This document shows, piece after piece, positions 35,522 through 46,941 of a DNA stretch of 64,000 nucleotides; positions within the stretch are counted from its first letter, which is position 1, and every line of letters begins with the position of its first letter. The translations under genes and the position numbers were made by a program. This stretch comes from Oscillospiraceae bacterium (GTDB lineage: Bacteria > Bacillota > Clostridia > Oscillospirales > CAG-272): positions 34,680 to 98,679 of the forward strand of contig SVTW01000001.1 of the NCBI GenBank assembly GCA_015063585.1, written 5' to 3'. The notes under the pieces were generated by a model. It saw nothing but the letters and a program-made list of their open reading frames with translations, did not search any database and was not told where the DNA came from.

Positions 35522-36313
35522 CTATTCCCCCTTGGTTTGCTTCCAATACAGCGGACTGATTCCAAATTGTTTCTTAAACATTTTGGAAAAATTAGAGGAG
35601 TCCTCATATCCGCAAAGCTGTGCGGTCTCCTCAACCGAAAAGCCCTCGGCAAGCCGCTTTTGTGCCGCCTCCATGCGCACAGATATCAGATATTCCTGAA
35701 CGGTTTTTCCTGTTTTCTCCTTAAAAAGGCGCGACAAATACCTTCGGTCAAGGTTCATTTGCTCCGCAATTGCCTCAACGCGTACCGGTTGCATGTAGAG
35801 CGCGCGGATATGATCCTGCACCTGCCGAACATAATGATGCCGCGCCTTTTTTCCCTCAAACAGATCGGCAAACATTTCAAACAAAAGTGCGGTGATTCGA
35901 TACTCCGCCATGTCCTTTTCTGTCGCGTCAAGCATTTCTTGCAATAACCCGTGTGGAAAGCCGACAACAGTTGGAAGCTCGCGGAGACGCTCGGCAAGTC
36001 GCCCTGTAAAGCTCACCCACTGATAGTGCCATGGATTTTCCATATCCGCCTGATAAGTGACAAGTTCATCGGGGTGAATCAAAAAGGCCTCCCCCGCACG
36101 CGCGTGATACCGGTTTCCATTTTTATAGATATAGCCTTCGCCCTGCACCACATAATGGATCAAGGTATAGCTGCGAACAAAAGGACCAAAACTTTTCCCC
36201 GCGCGGCAAATTTCATATCCAACAAAGAGCGGGTTGAGATCGCTAAAATTTCGATTGATCAAAACCGCGTTATAGGCTCTTTTTGGCTCTTGACCGTTTT
36301 TTGTACGTTTCAC
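35522..36313 (-). CDS. AraC-family transcriptional regulator (cupin sensor + HTH)
   Basis: N-terminal cupin region and C-terminal AraC HTH (YLSRLFKEKTGKTVQEYL..., GYEDSSNFSKMFKK); GTG start after GGAGG. Confidence 0.85.
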   Translation of the reverse strand: MKRTKNGQEPKRAYNAVLINRNFSDLNPLFVGYEICRAGKSFGPFVRSYTLIHYVVQGEGYIYKNGNRYHARAGEAFLIHPDELVTYQADMENPWHYQWVSFTGRLAERLRELPTVVGFPHGLLQEMLDATEKDMAEYRITALLFEMFADLFEGKKARHHYVRQVQDHIRALYMQPVRVEAIAEQMNLDRRYLSRLFKEKTGKTVQEYLISVRMEAAQKRLAEGFSVEETAQLCGYEDSSNFSKMFKKQFGISPLYWKQTKGE

Positions 36314-36453
36314 AGACTTTCACCTCCAATTAGTTACATTATACCATATATGAGTTACTGTTTGCAATAGTTTTTTTTATGAAATTATGATATAATAATT
36401 TTGTAATAAATAAATCTCGCAAAAAAATGAGAAATAAAACAAGGAGAGAAATT

Positions 36454-37773
36454 ATGAAAGTTACATTTATGGGTGCGGGAAGCACCGTGTTTTCCAAAAA
36501 CGTGCTTGGCGATACGATGATGTGTCCCGATTTTCACGATATGGAAATCGCACTTTATGACATCGACTCCGTTCGTTTGGAGGAATCCTATCTTCTGATC
36601 ACAGCGATGAATAAAAGCATCAATGAAGGTCGCGCAACCGTTAAAAAGTATCTTGGCGTTGAACAGAGAAAGGACGCGCTTCGCGATGCCGATTTCATTG
36701 TAAACGCCATTCAGGTTGGTCTTTACGATCCCTGCACGATCATCGACTTTGAAATTCCGAAAAAATACGGTCTGCGTCAAACGATTGCCGATACTCTCGG
36801 CATCGGCGGTATCTTCCGCGCAATGAGAACCATTCACGTTCTCAAGGACTTTGCTGCCGATATTGAGGAGGTCTGCCCTAACGCGTGGTTCCTCAACTAC
36901 ACCAACCCCATGGCAATGCTCACGGGTTACATGCTCCGCTATACCAACGTTAAAACGGTCGGTCTTTGCCACAGCGTTCAGGTTTGCGCAAAATCCATTC
37001 TGAAAAAGGTGGATATGGAGGACAAGCTTGACGGTTGCATTACCAAGATTGCAGGTATTAACCACATGGCTTGGTTGCTTGAGATTACCGATAAGGACGG
37101 CAACGATCTTTATCCCGAGATCCGCCGCCGCGCAAAGGAAAAGAACGCAACCGAGAAGCATTCCGATATGGTTCGCTTTGACTATATTGATAAGCTTGGC
37201 TACTACTGCACCGAAAGCAGCGAGCACAACGCGGAGTACAATCCTTTCTACATCAAACCGAACCGCCCCGATCTGATCGAGAAATTCAATATTCCGCTTG
37301 ACGAATATCCTCGCCGTTGTATCAACCAGATCGCAAAATGGCAGGCTCAAAAAGAGGAGCTGATGGCAGGCGGCAACGTTCAACACGAGCGCTCCAAGGA
37401 ATACGCATCGCATATTATGGAAGCGATCATGACCAACCGTCCTTACAAGATCGGCGGCAACGTGATCAACAATGGCTTGATTCCCAACCTGCCCGCAAAG
37501 GCTTGCGTTGAGGTGCCCTGCTTGGTTGACGCAAACGGTATTACACCTACCTACGTTGGCGAGCTTCCCCTGCAGCTTGCGGCTATGAACTCCTCTAACA
37601 TTTATCCGCAAATGCTGACCATTGAGGCTGCATACACCGGAAGCCGTGAAACCCTGTATCAGGCGGCTATGATGGAACCGCACACCGCGGCAGAGCTTTC
37701 CACCGACGAGATCGTGGCACTCTGCGACGAGTTGATCGAAGCACACACCAAAGCCGGCTACCCGATCTTTTGA
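36454..37773 (+). CDS. glycoside hydrolase family 4 alpha-galactosidase/alpha-glucosidase
   Basis: N-terminal NAD-binding MKVTFMGAGSTVF, GLCHS catalytic motif; AAGGAG RBS; divergent AraC regulator. Confidence 0.88.
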   Translation: MKVTFMGAGSTVFSKNVLGDTMMCPDFHDMEIALYDIDSVRLEESYLLITAMNKSINEGRATVKKYLGVEQRKDALRDADFIVNAIQVGLYDPCTIIDFEIPKKYGLRQTIADTLGIGGIFRAMRTIHVLKDFAADIEEVCPNAWFLNYTNPMAMLTGYMLRYTNVKTVGLCHSVQVCAKSILKKVDMEDKLDGCITKIAGINHMAWLLEITDKDGNDLYPEIRRRAKEKNATEKHSDMVRFDYIDKLGYYCTESSEHNAEYNPFYIKPNRPDLIEKFNIPLDEYPRRCINQIAKWQAQKEELMAGGNVQHERSKEYASHIMEAIMTNRPYKIGGNVINNGLIPNLPAKACVEVPCLVDANGITPTYVGELPLQLAAMNSSNIYPQMLTIEAAYTGSRETLYQAAMMEPHTAAELSTDEIVALCDELIEAHTKAGYPIF

Positions 37774-37851
37774 TTGATTCCGACAACAAAAAAACAACAA
37801 TGGCTCTCGCAAATCCGATGTACGGACTGTGAGAGCCATTGTTTATTGATT

Positions 37852-38535
37852 TTATCGATTGAGAATCAGCTTGGTCAACTCAACGGGATCCACGATCTTA
37901 TCACCCTTATATACACGCATATTGCCCGATGCGATTTCGTCGATCAAAATAACCTCTCCGTTGTTATAACCGAATTCAAACTTGATATCCCAAAGATCGA
38001 GGCCGATGGTTTTAAGGTCATCTGCCACAACCTTAGTGATCTTGAGCGTTTGCTCTTTCATGCTCTCGAACATTTCAAGAGACATAACACCAAGAGCAGC
38101 AAGTCCTTCTGCGGTTACCAGCGGGTCGCCCTTTTCGTCATTTTTGAAGGTACATTCAACGTAGCCGCCTTCCAAAGGAGTACCGTCTTTGATATATTCG
38201 CCATATCTGCGAATGAAGCTACCCGTTGCAACCAAACGGCAGATTACCTCCAAGCCGTGTCCGAACACCTTACCGGGAAGGACCTCCATGGTAGCATCCT
38301 CGATATTTGCGCTGACATAATGGGTTTTCACGCCCGCCTTCTTCAGCATTTCAAAATAGTAAACAGAGGTTTGCAAATTTGCCTTGCCGATGCCCTCGAT
38401 CGTTAAACCAACGGTGTTTTCACCCGGATCGAACACGCCGTCTTTTCCGGTGCAATCATCCTTAAATTTCAACAAAACATTGCCATTTTCAAGGCTGTAA
38501 ACGTCCTTGGTTTTTCCCGTGTAAACTTTTTTCAT
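37852..38535 (-). CDS. purC: phosphoribosylaminoimidazole-succinocarboxamide (SAICAR) synthase
   Basis: [18 protein letters not shown] start, SAICAR synthetase pattern; AAGGAG RBS. The ORF was trimmed from 38610. Confidence 0.9.
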   Translation of the reverse strand: MKKVYTGKTKDVYSLENGNVLLKFKDDCTGKDGVFDPGENTVGLTIEGIGKANLQTSVYYFEMLKKAGVKTHYVSANIEDATMEVLPGKVFGHGLEVICRLVATGSFIRRYGEYIKDGTPLEGGYVECTFKNDEKGDPLVTAEGLAALGVMSLEMFESMKEQTLKITKVVADDLKTIGLDLWDIKFEFGYNNGEVILIDEIASGNMRVYKGDKIVDPVELTKLILNR

Positions 38536-38581
38536 AACAGTAGCTCCTTTACTCATTCGAGTTTTTTGAATTACAAGGAAC

Positions 38582-38610
38582 ATTATACCACATTTTTCAC
38601 GCTTTTTCAA
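38582..38610 (-). promoter_or_regulatory. sigma-A promoter for purC (TTGAAA-17-TGG-TATAAT)
   Basis: Hexamers on the minus strand; the short leader leaves no room for a riboswitch. Confidence 0.55.
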
Positions 38611-38699
38611 TATCCTCGGATCATTTTTTTTATTTTTCTTTTATTTTTTTCAAAAAACAAATCTTCTGTAAAATTTTATTTTATATTTGTAAAATAATA

Positions 38700-38728
38700 T
38701 TGACAAAAAGAAAGAAAAGATGTATAAT
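38700..38728 (+). promoter_or_regulatory. sigma-A promoter (TTGACA-17-TATAAT)
   Basis: Perfect consensus upstream of the HTH gene. Confidence 0.6.
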
Positions 38729-38747
38729 AAAATAAAAGAAGGAGGTA

Positions 38748-39353
38748 TTGATTATGTATATTCATTATGAAAAGCTTTGGAAAAAGCTACTTGATAAAAA
38801 AATTACAAAAACCGACTTATGCCAAATGAGTGGAATCAGTACCCGAACGATGGCAAAGCTTGTAAAAAATCAATCGGTCACAACCGACACGCTCATTCGA
38901 ATCTGCGAAGCATTGGACTGCGAATTAAGCGAGATCATGGAAATTACCAAAACCGAACCACTTCTCTCGCTTTATGAGGCATATAAAAAAGACCGTCGGC
39001 TCGTGGAAGAAGACGAATATTGCCGCCTCTATTCCTTACATTATCAGAATCGTGAATTTCGCATCAAGGAAGCAAAAAAGAAAGCCTCCAAAAGGGTGCT
39101 CATTCATTGCAAAGGCAGCTCTGTACAATGGGAACAGTTCTTTCCATCCGGTATTCATCCTGTTTCTGAAAAATCGGTTATCAGCGATTGTTCTTTCGTG
39201 GCACAAAATTGCATCTGTCTGCTGCTGATTGACGGCAGCACGGTTGGAATTACGGGACTTGACGAAGGGCGATTCCTTTCGGCTTCGCGCCCCTATGCGT
39301 TTGGCAAGCTTTGCGTCATGTCCAAAGCAAAATTCAAGCTCTACACGCCCTAA
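38748..39353 (+). CDS. XRE-family helix-turn-helix protein with uncharacterised C-terminal domain
   Basis: N-terminal Cro/C1-type HTH (ITKTDLCQMSGISTRTMAKLVKNQSVTTDTLIRICEALDC); about 130 aa of unassigned C-terminus. Confidence 0.75.
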   Translation: MIMYIHYEKLWKKLLDKKITKTDLCQMSGISTRTMAKLVKNQSVTTDTLIRICEALDCELSEIMEITKTEPLLSLYEAYKKDRRLVEEDEYCRLYSLHYQNREFRIKEAKKKASKRVLIHCKGSSVQWEQFFPSGIHPVSEKSVISDCSFVAQNCICLLLIDGSTVGITGLDEGRFLSASRPYAFGKLCVMSKAKFKLYTP

Positions 39354-39355
39354 AA

Positions 39356-39404
39356 TAAAAAACACGGCAATCTTCACCATTTTGTGTGGATTGCCGTGTT
39401 TTTA
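39356..39404. terminator. bidirectional rho-independent terminator
   Basis: CACGGCAATC/GATTGCCGTG stem with a flanking A-run and T-run, between convergent genes. Confidence 0.8.
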
Positions 39405-39419
39405 TGAAATGACACAAAA

Positions 39420-40067
39420 TCAGGTCATTTTCTCTTGCTTTACCTTATGATCGATCACGTGTCTGGACGCAAGCTCTTTATGAATATCCTCAAGAGATAT
39501 TCCCATTTCGATCATCAGTACCATCACGTGATAAACCAGATCCGAAATTTCATAAATCGTTTCGGCTTTGTCGTCTGCCTTTCCGGCAATGATAACCTCG
39601 GTGCATTCTTCTCCAACCTTTTTCAAAATCTTGTCAATTCCCTTTTCAAAGAGGTAGGTAGTATAGGACCCTTCCTTTTTTTCAATCTTTCTGCCTCGAA
39701 TAACGTCCATCAAACCTTGCAAGGAAAATTCAGACAAGGTCTCGCTCTCAAATACGGAATCATTGAAACAGGAATCCGCACCGGTATGACATGCGGGACC
39801 GTCTTTTTCCACCAGCACGGTCAAGGCGTCTCGGTCACAGTCGGCAATAATATTCACAATATGCTGGCGGTTGCCCGAGGTTGCCCCCTTTCTCCAAAGC
39901 TCCTGCCGCGAGCGCGACCAAAAGCAGGTCATTTCCTCTTTGATGCTGATCTCAAGAGACTCACGGTTCATATACGCGAGAGTAAGCACCTTTTTGGACA
40001 CCGCATCAACGACGATCGCGGGAATCAATCCCTTTTCATCAAATTTCAATTCATCTATGTTTAACAT
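39420..40067 (-). CDS. hisI: bifunctional phosphoribosyl-AMP cyclohydrolase / phosphoribosyl-ATP pyrophosphatase
   Basis: HisI (CHTG, DCD) and HisE (MazG-like) regions; trimmed to MLNIDELKF. Confidence 0.9.
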   Translation of the reverse strand: MLNIDELKFDEKGLIPAIVVDAVSKKVLTLAYMNRESLEISIKEEMTCFWSRSRQELWRKGATSGNRQHIVNIIADCDRDALTVLVEKDGPACHTGADSCFNDSVFESETLSEFSLQGLMDVIRGRKIEKKEGSYTTYLFEKGIDKILKKVGEECTEVIIAGKADDKAETIYEISDLVYHVMVLMIEMGISLEDIHKELASRHVIDHKVKQEKMT

Positions 40068-40086
40068 ATCGGTTTTCCTCTTTTCG

Positions 40087-40845
40087 TTATATTCTGACTC
40101 CGATTCCATGATCGGAAAGCGTTTTCTTCAGATCGGAAATTTCAACCTCTCCAAAGTGGAAGATCGATGCGGCAAGTCCCGCGTCCACTTTCGGAAGAGT
40201 TTGGAAAAGCTTTACGAAATCCGCTTTACAGCCTGCGCCTCCCGATGCAATGACGGGCACATCAACCACGCGACACACCGCATCCAGCATCTCAAGGTCA
40301 AATCCCTGTTTCACACCGTCGGTATCAATGCTGTTGAGCACGATCTCTCCCGCCCCCGAGTCGACACCGCGTCGGATCCACTCAATGGCATCAAGACCTG
40401 TATTTTCCCTGCCGCCCTTTGCGAAAACACGGAAAACACCGTCCACACGCTTCACGTCCACCGACAAAACCACACATTGATCGCCGTATTTCTGTGCCGC
40501 CTGCCGAATCAGGTCGGGATTACGAATCGCGCCTGAATTCACGCTGACCTTATCGGCTCCGCATTTCAATACACGGTCAAAATCGTCAACCGTATTGATG
40601 CCGCCGCCCACCGTGAGCGGAATAAAGATCGTTTTTGCCACCTCGCAGAGAATATCGGTAAACAGCGCGCGCCCCTCAGCAGAAGCCGTGATATCATAAA
40701 ACACCAGCTCGTCCGCACCGTTGTCGCTGTAAAACTGCGCAAGCTTTACAGGGGACGAAACGTCGGCAAGCCCAAGAAAATTCACGCCCTTCACCACTCT
40801 GCCGTTCTTTACGTCGAGACACGGAATAATGCGTTTGGTAATCAT
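40087..40845 (-). CDS. hisF: imidazole glycerol phosphate synthase cyclase subunit
   Basis: [20 protein letters not shown] is a canonical HisF N-terminus; 252 aa. Confidence 0.93.
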   Translation of the reverse strand: MITKRIIPCLDVKNGRVVKGVNFLGLADVSSPVKLAQFYSDNGADELVFYDITASAEGRALFTDILCEVAKTIFIPLTVGGGINTVDDFDRVLKCGADKVSVNSGAIRNPDLIRQAAQKYGDQCVVLSVDVKRVDGVFRVFAKGGRENTGLDAIEWIRRGVDSGAGEIVLNSIDTDGVKQGFDLEMLDAVCRVVDVPVIASGGAGCKADFVKLFQTLPKVDAGLAASIFHFGEVEISDLKKTLSDHGIGVRI

Positions 40846-41567
40846 ACGCCCGCCTCCTCTGCCGCGCGGAGTGCCTCTTTCAGATCAAGATCCCCTGTGT
40901 AAAGTGCTTTTCCGAGGATTGCGCCGTAGAGCTTCATTTGCGCAAGCGTGCGAACATCTGAAAGCGTTGAAACACCGCCGGACGCCGTGATTTGAAGCGA
41001 GAAGCGTTTTTGCATCTCGGCATACAAAGACAAATTGGTTCCGCCAAGCAAACCGTCCTTGGATATATCGGTACAAATGACTGTAGATACGCCTTTTTTC
41101 TCAAGCATCTCACAAAAATCAAAGCAGGTCAGCGATGAGAGTTCGGTCCAGCCCTTAATTGCTACCATACCGTCACGAATATCTACGCCAACCGCGATCT
41201 TATCGCCGTATGCCTTCAACGCGCGATCCAAAAAATCGGGATCGGTAACAGCCGCCGTTCCGATGATTACACGGGATGCCCCCGCATCCACGTAGGTTTT
41301 TACGGTCTCCATTGAACGGATCCCGCCGCCGATCTCCACAAAAAGGCCGCTCTTTTCGATCAAGGAACGAACCGTGGCAAGATTTGCAGTGGATCCGTCT
41401 CTCGCACCTTCCAGATCGACAACGTGCAGATACTTCGCTCCGCAGGATGCAAAATTCTGCGCAACGGCAAGCGGGTCGTTGTGATATACCGTCATTTGAC
41501 TGTAATCACCGCGTACAAGACGTACCGCCTTTCCATCAATTATATCAATTGCAGGAAAAATATTCAT
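40842..41567 (-). CDS. hisA: ProFAR isomerase
   Basis: MNIFPAIDIIDGKAVRL is a canonical HisA N-terminus; overlaps the hisF start. Confidence 0.92.
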   Translation of the reverse strand: MNIFPAIDIIDGKAVRLVRGDYSQMTVYHNDPLAVAQNFASCGAKYLHVVDLEGARDGSTANLATVRSLIEKSGLFVEIGGGIRSMETVKTYVDAGASRVIIGTAAVTDPDFLDRALKAYGDKIAVGVDIRDGMVAIKGWTELSSLTCFDFCEMLEKKGVSTVICTDISKDGLLGGTNLSLYAEMQKRFSLQITASGGVSTLSDVRTLAQMKLYGAILGKALYTGDLDLKEALRAAEEAGV

Positions 41568-41585
41568 TGGTTGAATCTTCCTTTC

Positions 41586-42209
41586 TCATATCAAGGGTTC
41601 TATTTCACAAAAAGCGCGCAGGATCGCCAGACCGACGCGTCCGCTTTTTTCGGGGTGAAACTGTGTTCCGAAAACGTTTTTATCGGCAACAGCCGCCGTT
41701 AACGGTTGCCCGTATTCGGTCGTTGCGATCACCGAGTCGGCACAGTCCATGCCGGCATAGGAGTGGACGAAATAAACGTAATCGCCCTCCTTGAGATAGC
41801 GAAACAGCGGATTTTTATTTTCCCCAAAGGAAAGTGCGTTCCAACCGATATGCGGCACCTTCAGATCATCCGGAATAACCCCGCGGATCGGCTTTACCGA
41901 GCCCCGAATCAACCCCAGACCGCAATGCTCACCGTATTCATAGCTTTTCTCAAACAAAAGCTGCATACCGAGACAAATGCCAAGCAATGGCTTGCCTTTG
42001 GCAACCTCGTCAAGCAAAATACGGTCAAGACCGCTCTCACGCAGTTTTCTTGCCGCATCTCCAAACGCGCCAACCCCGGGCAGAATCAAACGGTCGGCTT
42101 TTGCGATCGTTTCCGTGTCGGAGGTGACGCATGCCTCCTCCCCGATGTAGGAAAAGGAGCTTGCAAGAGAAAACAGATTTCCAACACCGTAATCAATAAT
42201 CGCGATCAT
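41586..42209 (-). CDS. hisH: imidazole glycerol phosphate synthase glutaminase subunit
   Basis: [19 protein letters not shown] and the FHPEKS triad context. Confidence 0.92.
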   Translation of the reverse strand: MIAIIDYGVGNLFSLASSFSYIGEEACVTSDTETIAKADRLILPGVGAFGDAARKLRESGLDRILLDEVAKGKPLLGICLGMQLLFEKSYEYGEHCGLGLIRGSVKPIRGVIPDDLKVPHIGWNALSFGENKNPLFRYLKEGDYVYFVHSYAGMDCADSVIATTEYGQPLTAAVADKNVFGTQFHPEKSGRVGLAILRAFCEIEPLI

Positions 42210-42796
42210 ATCAGCACTCCCTTGGTTGAGGGAATTTCATTTGCCGCCGCACTGTCGATCGAAACCGCCACACGCAAGGAGCGCGCAAGAGATTTGAATG
42301 CGCCCTCCGCAATGTGATGCGAATTTTTTCCGTCCAGCTGACGGACATGAAGCGTAATGGCAGCATTGCGAACAAACGCTGTTAAAAATTCCTCCACCAG
42401 CTCGGTATCAAAAGTTCCGATCTTTTCGGTTGGAATTGAAAGACCGTACACGAGACAGTCACGGCCCGAAATATCAACCGCCGTGAGAATGAGTGCCTCA
42501 TCCATCGGAAGGAGCGTGCTACCATAGCGAACGATCCCCTTGCAGTCCCCCACCGCGGTGCGGAATGCCTGACCGAGACAGATTCCGATATCCTCCACAC
42601 TGTGGTGATCGTCAACCTCGGTGTCCCCTTTGCAGGTCAACGTCAGATCAAATCTGCCGTGTTTTGCAAACAGAGTCAGCATATGATCGAGAAAGCCGCA
42701 TCCGGTGCGGATTTCACTCTTTCCCGTACCGTCAAGCGCGAGTGACAGCGAGATATCGGTCTCGCCTGTTTTTCGATTGATCGTTGCTCTTCTCAT
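42206..42796 (-). CDS. hisB: imidazoleglycerol-phosphate dehydratase
   Basis: [24 protein letters not shown] motifs. Confidence 0.92.
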   Translation of the reverse strand: MRRATINRKTGETDISLSLALDGTGKSEIRTGCGFLDHMLTLFAKHGRFDLTLTCKGDTEVDDHHSVEDIGICLGQAFRTAVGDCKGIVRYGSTLLPMDEALILTAVDISGRDCLVYGLSIPTEKIGTFDTELVEEFLTAFVRNAAITLHVRQLDGKNSHHIAEGAFKSLARSLRVAVSIDSAAANEIPSTKGVLI

Positions 42797-42798
42797 AT

Positions 42799-43875
42799 TT
42801 ATCTCTCCGATTTCTCCGCTAAAATTGCGCGGACCGTATTTGTCAATATTTGCATTTCTTCCATTGTACCAATGGTGATGCGGTTATAATTTTTGATCTT
42901 TTCTTTGGTAAAGTGGCGTACAAGAATCCCCCTTGCCTTGAGTGCAAGATACAGCTCCTCGCCACCGATCTGATCGGATTTTGCGAAAATGAAGTTTGCA
43001 CATGACGGCAAGACCTCAAAGCCAAGCGCGCGAAGTGAATCGGTGAGATAGGCTCGGTTTTCGATGATGCGCCGGCAGTTTTCCATGTAATAATCATTTT
43101 CTTCAATTGCGGCAGTTCCTGCAAGCAATGTTAAACGATTGATATTATAGGGGTTGGTGGAATATTTGATCTTTTCAAGATCGGCAATGAGAGCAGGGTG
43201 ACCGATCGCAAAGCCAAGGCGCGCACCGGCAAGAGAATAAGACTTCGAAAATGTGCGCACAACAAGGAGGTTGTCATATTTTTTTACCAGCTCCAATGCA
43301 CTCTCGCCGCCAAAATCAACGTACGCTTCATCAATCAGCACAACATGATCCGGGTTTGCCGCCACGATCTGTTCCACTTCCTCACGCGTCAGCGCAATTC
43401 CCGTGGGAGCGTTGGGGTTGGCAATTACAACGGTTCTGTCATTATAGCAATAATCGGAAATACGGATTGAAAAATCTTCAGCCAAGGCGATTTTTTTCGC
43501 GTCAACACCGTAAAGATCGGCATATACCTGATAGAATCCGTAGCTGATTTCGGGAAATGCGACGCCGCATTTTGTGCCGTCACAAAACGCCATAAAGGAA
43601 AAGTTTAAAATATCATCCGATCCGTTGGATACAAAAACGTTTTGCTTTTCAAATCCGAATTGCTTTGCGATCGCACGGCGCAAAAGATTACAATCGGGAT
43701 CGGAATAGAGCCGAAGCTCCCGAACCCGCTCCTGCGAAATGGCGCGAAGGACACCGGGAGAGGGCGGAAACGGTGACTCGTTGGTATTGAGTTTGATATA
43801 TTTCATATCGGTTGGCTGCTCACCCGGGGTGTATGCCTCAAGGTGTGCGTAGCGCTCTGCCATAAAACGGCTCAT
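42799..43875 (-). CDS. hisC: histidinol-phosphate aminotransferase
   Basis: Class II aminotransferase with KLNTNESP and the [15 protein letters not shown]-lysine motif; trimmed to MSRFMAERY. Confidence 0.9.
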   Translation of the reverse strand: MSRFMAERYAHLEAYTPGEQPTDMKYIKLNTNESPFPPSPGVLRAISQERVRELRLYSDPDCNLLRRAIAKQFGFEKQNVFVSNGSDDILNFSFMAFCDGTKCGVAFPEISYGFYQVYADLYGVDAKKIALAEDFSIRISDYCYNDRTVVIANPNAPTGIALTREEVEQIVAANPDHVVLIDEAYVDFGGESALELVKKYDNLLVVRTFSKSYSLAGARLGFAIGHPALIADLEKIKYSTNPYNINRLTLLAGTAAIEENDYYMENCRRIIENRAYLTDSLRALGFEVLPSCANFIFAKSDQIGGEELYLALKARGILVRHFTKEKIKNYNRITIGTMEEMQILTNTVRAILAEKSER

Positions 43876-43900
43876 ATTTGGGAGTTCCCTTCTTTTTGCG

Positions 43901-45175
43901 TTATTTTTTAGAACGAGAAAGCGCGCTTGCGGCATGTGCGGTCAAGCCCTCCTGCGTTGCAAATTTTGCAACGTCGGCAGAAACCGCGTCAAGCGCCTCC
44001 TTGGTATAATAGGTAAATTGTGACTTTTTAACAAAATCGTCAACCGATAGCGGGCTGGAAAAACGTGCTGTACCGCTCGTTGGCAACGTGTGGTTGGGTC
44101 CCGCAAAATAGTCACCAAGTGCCTCGGGACAGTATTTTCCCATAAAGATTGAGCCTGCGTGGCGGATCTTGGAAAGATAATCAAAGGGGTTGTCGGTGCA
44201 GATCTCCAAATGCTCGGGCGCGATCTCATTTGCAATATCAATTGCCGACATCAGATCGTCTGCAATGATGATCTTGCCGTTATGATCGATCGACTCACGC
44301 GCGATCTCGGCACGTAACAGGGTGGGAATCTGCCGTTCGAGGGCATCACGTACCGCATATGCAAGTGCTTCACTATCGGTTACAAGAACCGCGCTTGCAA
44401 GCTTATCGTGCTCAGCCTGTGAAAGCAGATCGGCGGCAACCACATCGGGGTCGCACGTTCCATCGGCAACTACCAGAATTTCACTCGGTCCCGCGATCAT
44501 GTCAATTGCAACCTTGCCAAATACCTGCTTCTTTGCCTCCGCGACAAACGCGTTTCCGGGACCAACGATTTTATCAACGCAAGGAATCGTTTCGGTACCG
44601 TATGCCAAAGCGGCAACCGCCTGTGCGCCGCCTACCTTAAAGATGCGATCGACGCCCGCGATCTTTGCCGCAGCGAGAATGGCTGGGTTGACCGTTCCGT
44701 CCTTCGAAGGCGGTGTTACCATCACGATCATTCCGCATCCCGCAATTTTAGCGGGAATGGCATTCATCAAAACTGAGGAAGGATATGCAGCCGTTCCGCC
44801 GGGAACATAAAGTCCCACGCGCTCGATCGGGGTCACTCTCTGCCCCATCACAACGCCGTCCTGCTCCTGCATTACAAAGCTGTTGCGCACCTGTCTTTTA
44901 TGAAACTCATAGATATTCTCAGAGGCTTTTTTCATCACACGGATCAGGTCGGCATCCACAGACGCAAATGCCGCATCGATCTCCTCAGCAGAAACCTCCA
45001 GCGAGGCAAGCTCTACGTGATCAAACTTTTTACAATAGTCAAACAGTGCTTCATCTCCGTTTTGACGAACCTGACGGATGATATCCGATACGATGGATGC
45101 CACGTCAACCTTTGGCTCCACCCGCGCAAAGATCTCGCTGTTTTCAACCTCTCCATATTTATAAATGCGAATCAT
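43901..45175 (-). CDS. hisD: histidinol dehydrogenase
   Basis: Full HisD pattern (GGAQAVAALAYGT, SQAEHD); trimmed to MIRIYKYGE. Confidence 0.92.
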   Translation of the reverse strand: MIRIYKYGEVENSEIFARVEPKVDVASIVSDIIRQVRQNGDEALFDYCKKFDHVELASLEVSAEEIDAAFASVDADLIRVMKKASENIYEFHKRQVRNSFVMQEQDGVVMGQRVTPIERVGLYVPGGTAAYPSSVLMNAIPAKIAGCGMIVMVTPPSKDGTVNPAILAAAKIAGVDRIFKVGGAQAVAALAYGTETIPCVDKIVGPGNAFVAEAKKQVFGKVAIDMIAGPSEILVVADGTCDPDVVAADLLSQAEHDKLASAVLVTDSEALAYAVRDALERQIPTLLRAEIARESIDHNGKIIIADDLMSAIDIANEIAPEHLEICTDNPFDYLSKIRHAGSIFMGKYCPEALGDYFAGPNHTLPTSGTARFSSPLSVDDFVKKSQFTYYTKEALDAVSADVAKFATQEGLTAHAASALSRSKK

Positions 45176-45191
45176 TTTTTCTTTCCTTCCT

Positions 45192-45818
45192 TCAGGACTC
45201 TGCAAGCAATTCGTTGATACGCTCGCACATCTTGACAATTTCAAGATTTTTGAATTTATAGCTTGCCTTGTTGGCAACGAGTCTCGCGCTGATATCTACA
45301 ATCGTTTCGCGCGGCTCAAGATCATTTTCCAAAAGTGTTTTTCCGGTTTCAACAATGTCCACGATCACGTCGGACAAGCCAAGGATCGGAGCCAATTCAA
45401 TTGATCCATTCAGCTTAATGATATCAATTTCACGGCTGAGTTTACTGTAATAGGTCTTTGCAATATGCGGGAATTTTGTAGCAACACGTAAGGTACGGTC
45501 GCGAGAATCGATGAAATCCTTTTTACATGCAACCGCCATACGGCATTTTCCAAGCCTCAGATCGGCAAGCTCATAAATATTTGGCTCATACTCCAAAATA
45601 ATATCCTTACCGGCAATACCGATATCTGCCGCGCCGCGCTCGACGTAAATTACAACGTCAGATGGCTTGACCCAAAAATAACGAACGCCTTTTTCGGGAT
45701 TTTCAAAAATCAGCTTTCGGTTTTCCTCATGGATCGACGGACACTCAAAGCCCGCACGCTCAAAGATTCCGTACGCCTTCTCGCCCAGCCGTCCCTTCGG
45801 CAATGCAATATTGATCAT
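45192..45818 (-). CDS. hisG: ATP phosphoribosyltransferase, short (HisZ-dependent) form
   Basis: 208 aa, MINIALPKGRL N-terminus, no C-terminal regulatory domain. Confidence 0.92.
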   Translation of the reverse strand: MINIALPKGRLGEKAYGIFERAGFECPSIHEENRKLIFENPEKGVRYFWVKPSDVVIYVERGAADIGIAGKDIILEYEPNIYELADLRLGKCRMAVACKKDFIDSRDRTLRVATKFPHIAKTYYSKLSREIDIIKLNGSIELAPILGLSDVIVDIVETGKTLLENDLEPRETIVDISARLVANKASYKFKNLEIVKMCERINELLAES

Positions 45819-45822
45819 ATCA

Positions 45823-46941
45823 TCAACCTCCCAACCGATTCGACGTCATGCGGATCACCTCACGGCAGCGAATGGTCGATTCATTTGTTTCTTGTTCTAC
45901 GCGTACGCTCTTCCCCTCAAGACGCAAAGCCTCCACCCGGTCGATCAGCTCCATCGGAGATACCGCGCCATCGAAAAGCAGGAGCACGTCTGCGTCAAAA
46001 GTCTCCTCTGCACGGTCGAGCTGCTCCAAAGCGTCAAGATAAACCGCAAATCCAATGGCACCGCCGCGTTTTCCCATCAGGCGCAGGAGCTTATCGTAAC
46101 GTCCGCCGGACAACACGCTGTCCGGAATTCCGTTTACATAACCGTGGAATACAATTCCGTTATAATAACGCATATCCTGGATCATGGAAAAATCAAGATA
46201 CAAGCGGTCGATATTTCCAAAGCGTTTCATAACGTCCGCAACCTCGCAAAGCTCGTTATATGCCTTGCGCATTTCCTCGCTTCGAATCAGCGGCTCCATC
46301 ACGGGCAGTGCCACCTGAAGCGGTGCATAAAGCTCGGTCATTTTGCAGATCGCTTGGATCATATCCTCATTGATCTGATTTCGATTGCCATATGCGCGAA
46401 GCTCGGCAGTATTTTTATTACCGATATAACCGAGAACACGGGAACGGTCGGCATCGGGAATCCCTGCCGCGGTAAGCAGACCGCCGACAAAGCCCATGTG
46501 TGAAAGATCGAGAATCGAATCCTCGGAAATTCTCGCGAGGCTTCGCTCCGCAAGCATCAATACCTCGCAAATTTCGTAAAGTCCAATCGAACCGATGCAT
46601 TCCAAGCCGGTTTGCATGATCTCTCGGAAGCCGTCCGACCCCGCAGAGGTACGGTAAACCGTTTCATTGTAATAAACCTTGTGCGTGGGCGCGCTGTCGG
46701 CGTCAATGTTTTTCACGATGGACAACGTAACGTCGGGCTTGAGTGCCATCAACTTTCCGTTGGTATCGGTAAAGGTCAAAATATTATCGCTGACCAAAAA
46801 GCTTTTGTTATAGGCATAAAGGTCGTATTCTTCAAATTTACTCACCTTATATCGCGCATAGCCGTATTGACTGTAAAGCTCACGCAATTCTAAAATTGCC
46901 TTTTCTTCTCTTTTCAAATTTTTATCTGCCAATGCCATCAC
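45823..46941 (-). CDS. hisZ: ATP phosphoribosyltransferase regulatory subunit (HisRS paralogue)
   Basis: Class II aaRS-like core without an anticodon-binding domain; sits immediately upstream of the short hisG. Confidence 0.88.
   Translation of the reverse strand: MMALADKNLKREEKAILELRELYSQYGYARYKVSKFEEYDLYAYNKSFLVSDNILTFTDTNGKLMALKPDVTLSIVKNIDADSAPTHKVYYNETVYRTSAGSDGFREIMQTGLECIGSIGLYEICEVLMLAERSLARISEDSILDLSHMGFVGGLLTAAGIPDADRSRVLGYIGNKNTAELRAYGNRNQINEDMIQAICKMTELYAPLQVALPVMEPLIRSEEMRKAYNELCEVADVMKRFGNIDRLYLDFSMIQDMRYYNGIVFHGYVNGIPDSVLSGGRYDKLLRLMGKRGGAIGFAVYLDALEQLDRAEETFDADVLLLFDGAVSPMELIDRVEALRLEGKSVRVEQETNESTIRCREVIRMTSNRLGG

Noticed and set aside
36385-37839. 484-aa ORF on the minus strand completely overlapping the GH4 glycosidase gene
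   Set aside because: The plus-strand product has unambiguous GH4 motifs (GAGS NAD site, GLCHS), a strong RBS and a matching regulator. The antisense ORF has no RBS or recognisable motifs. It is explained by sense-strand codon bias, with few TTA/CTA/TCA codons.
38536-38610. Purine riboswitch upstream of purC
   Set aside because: The leader after the -10 is only ~45 nt and lacks the conserved guanine-aptamer loops.
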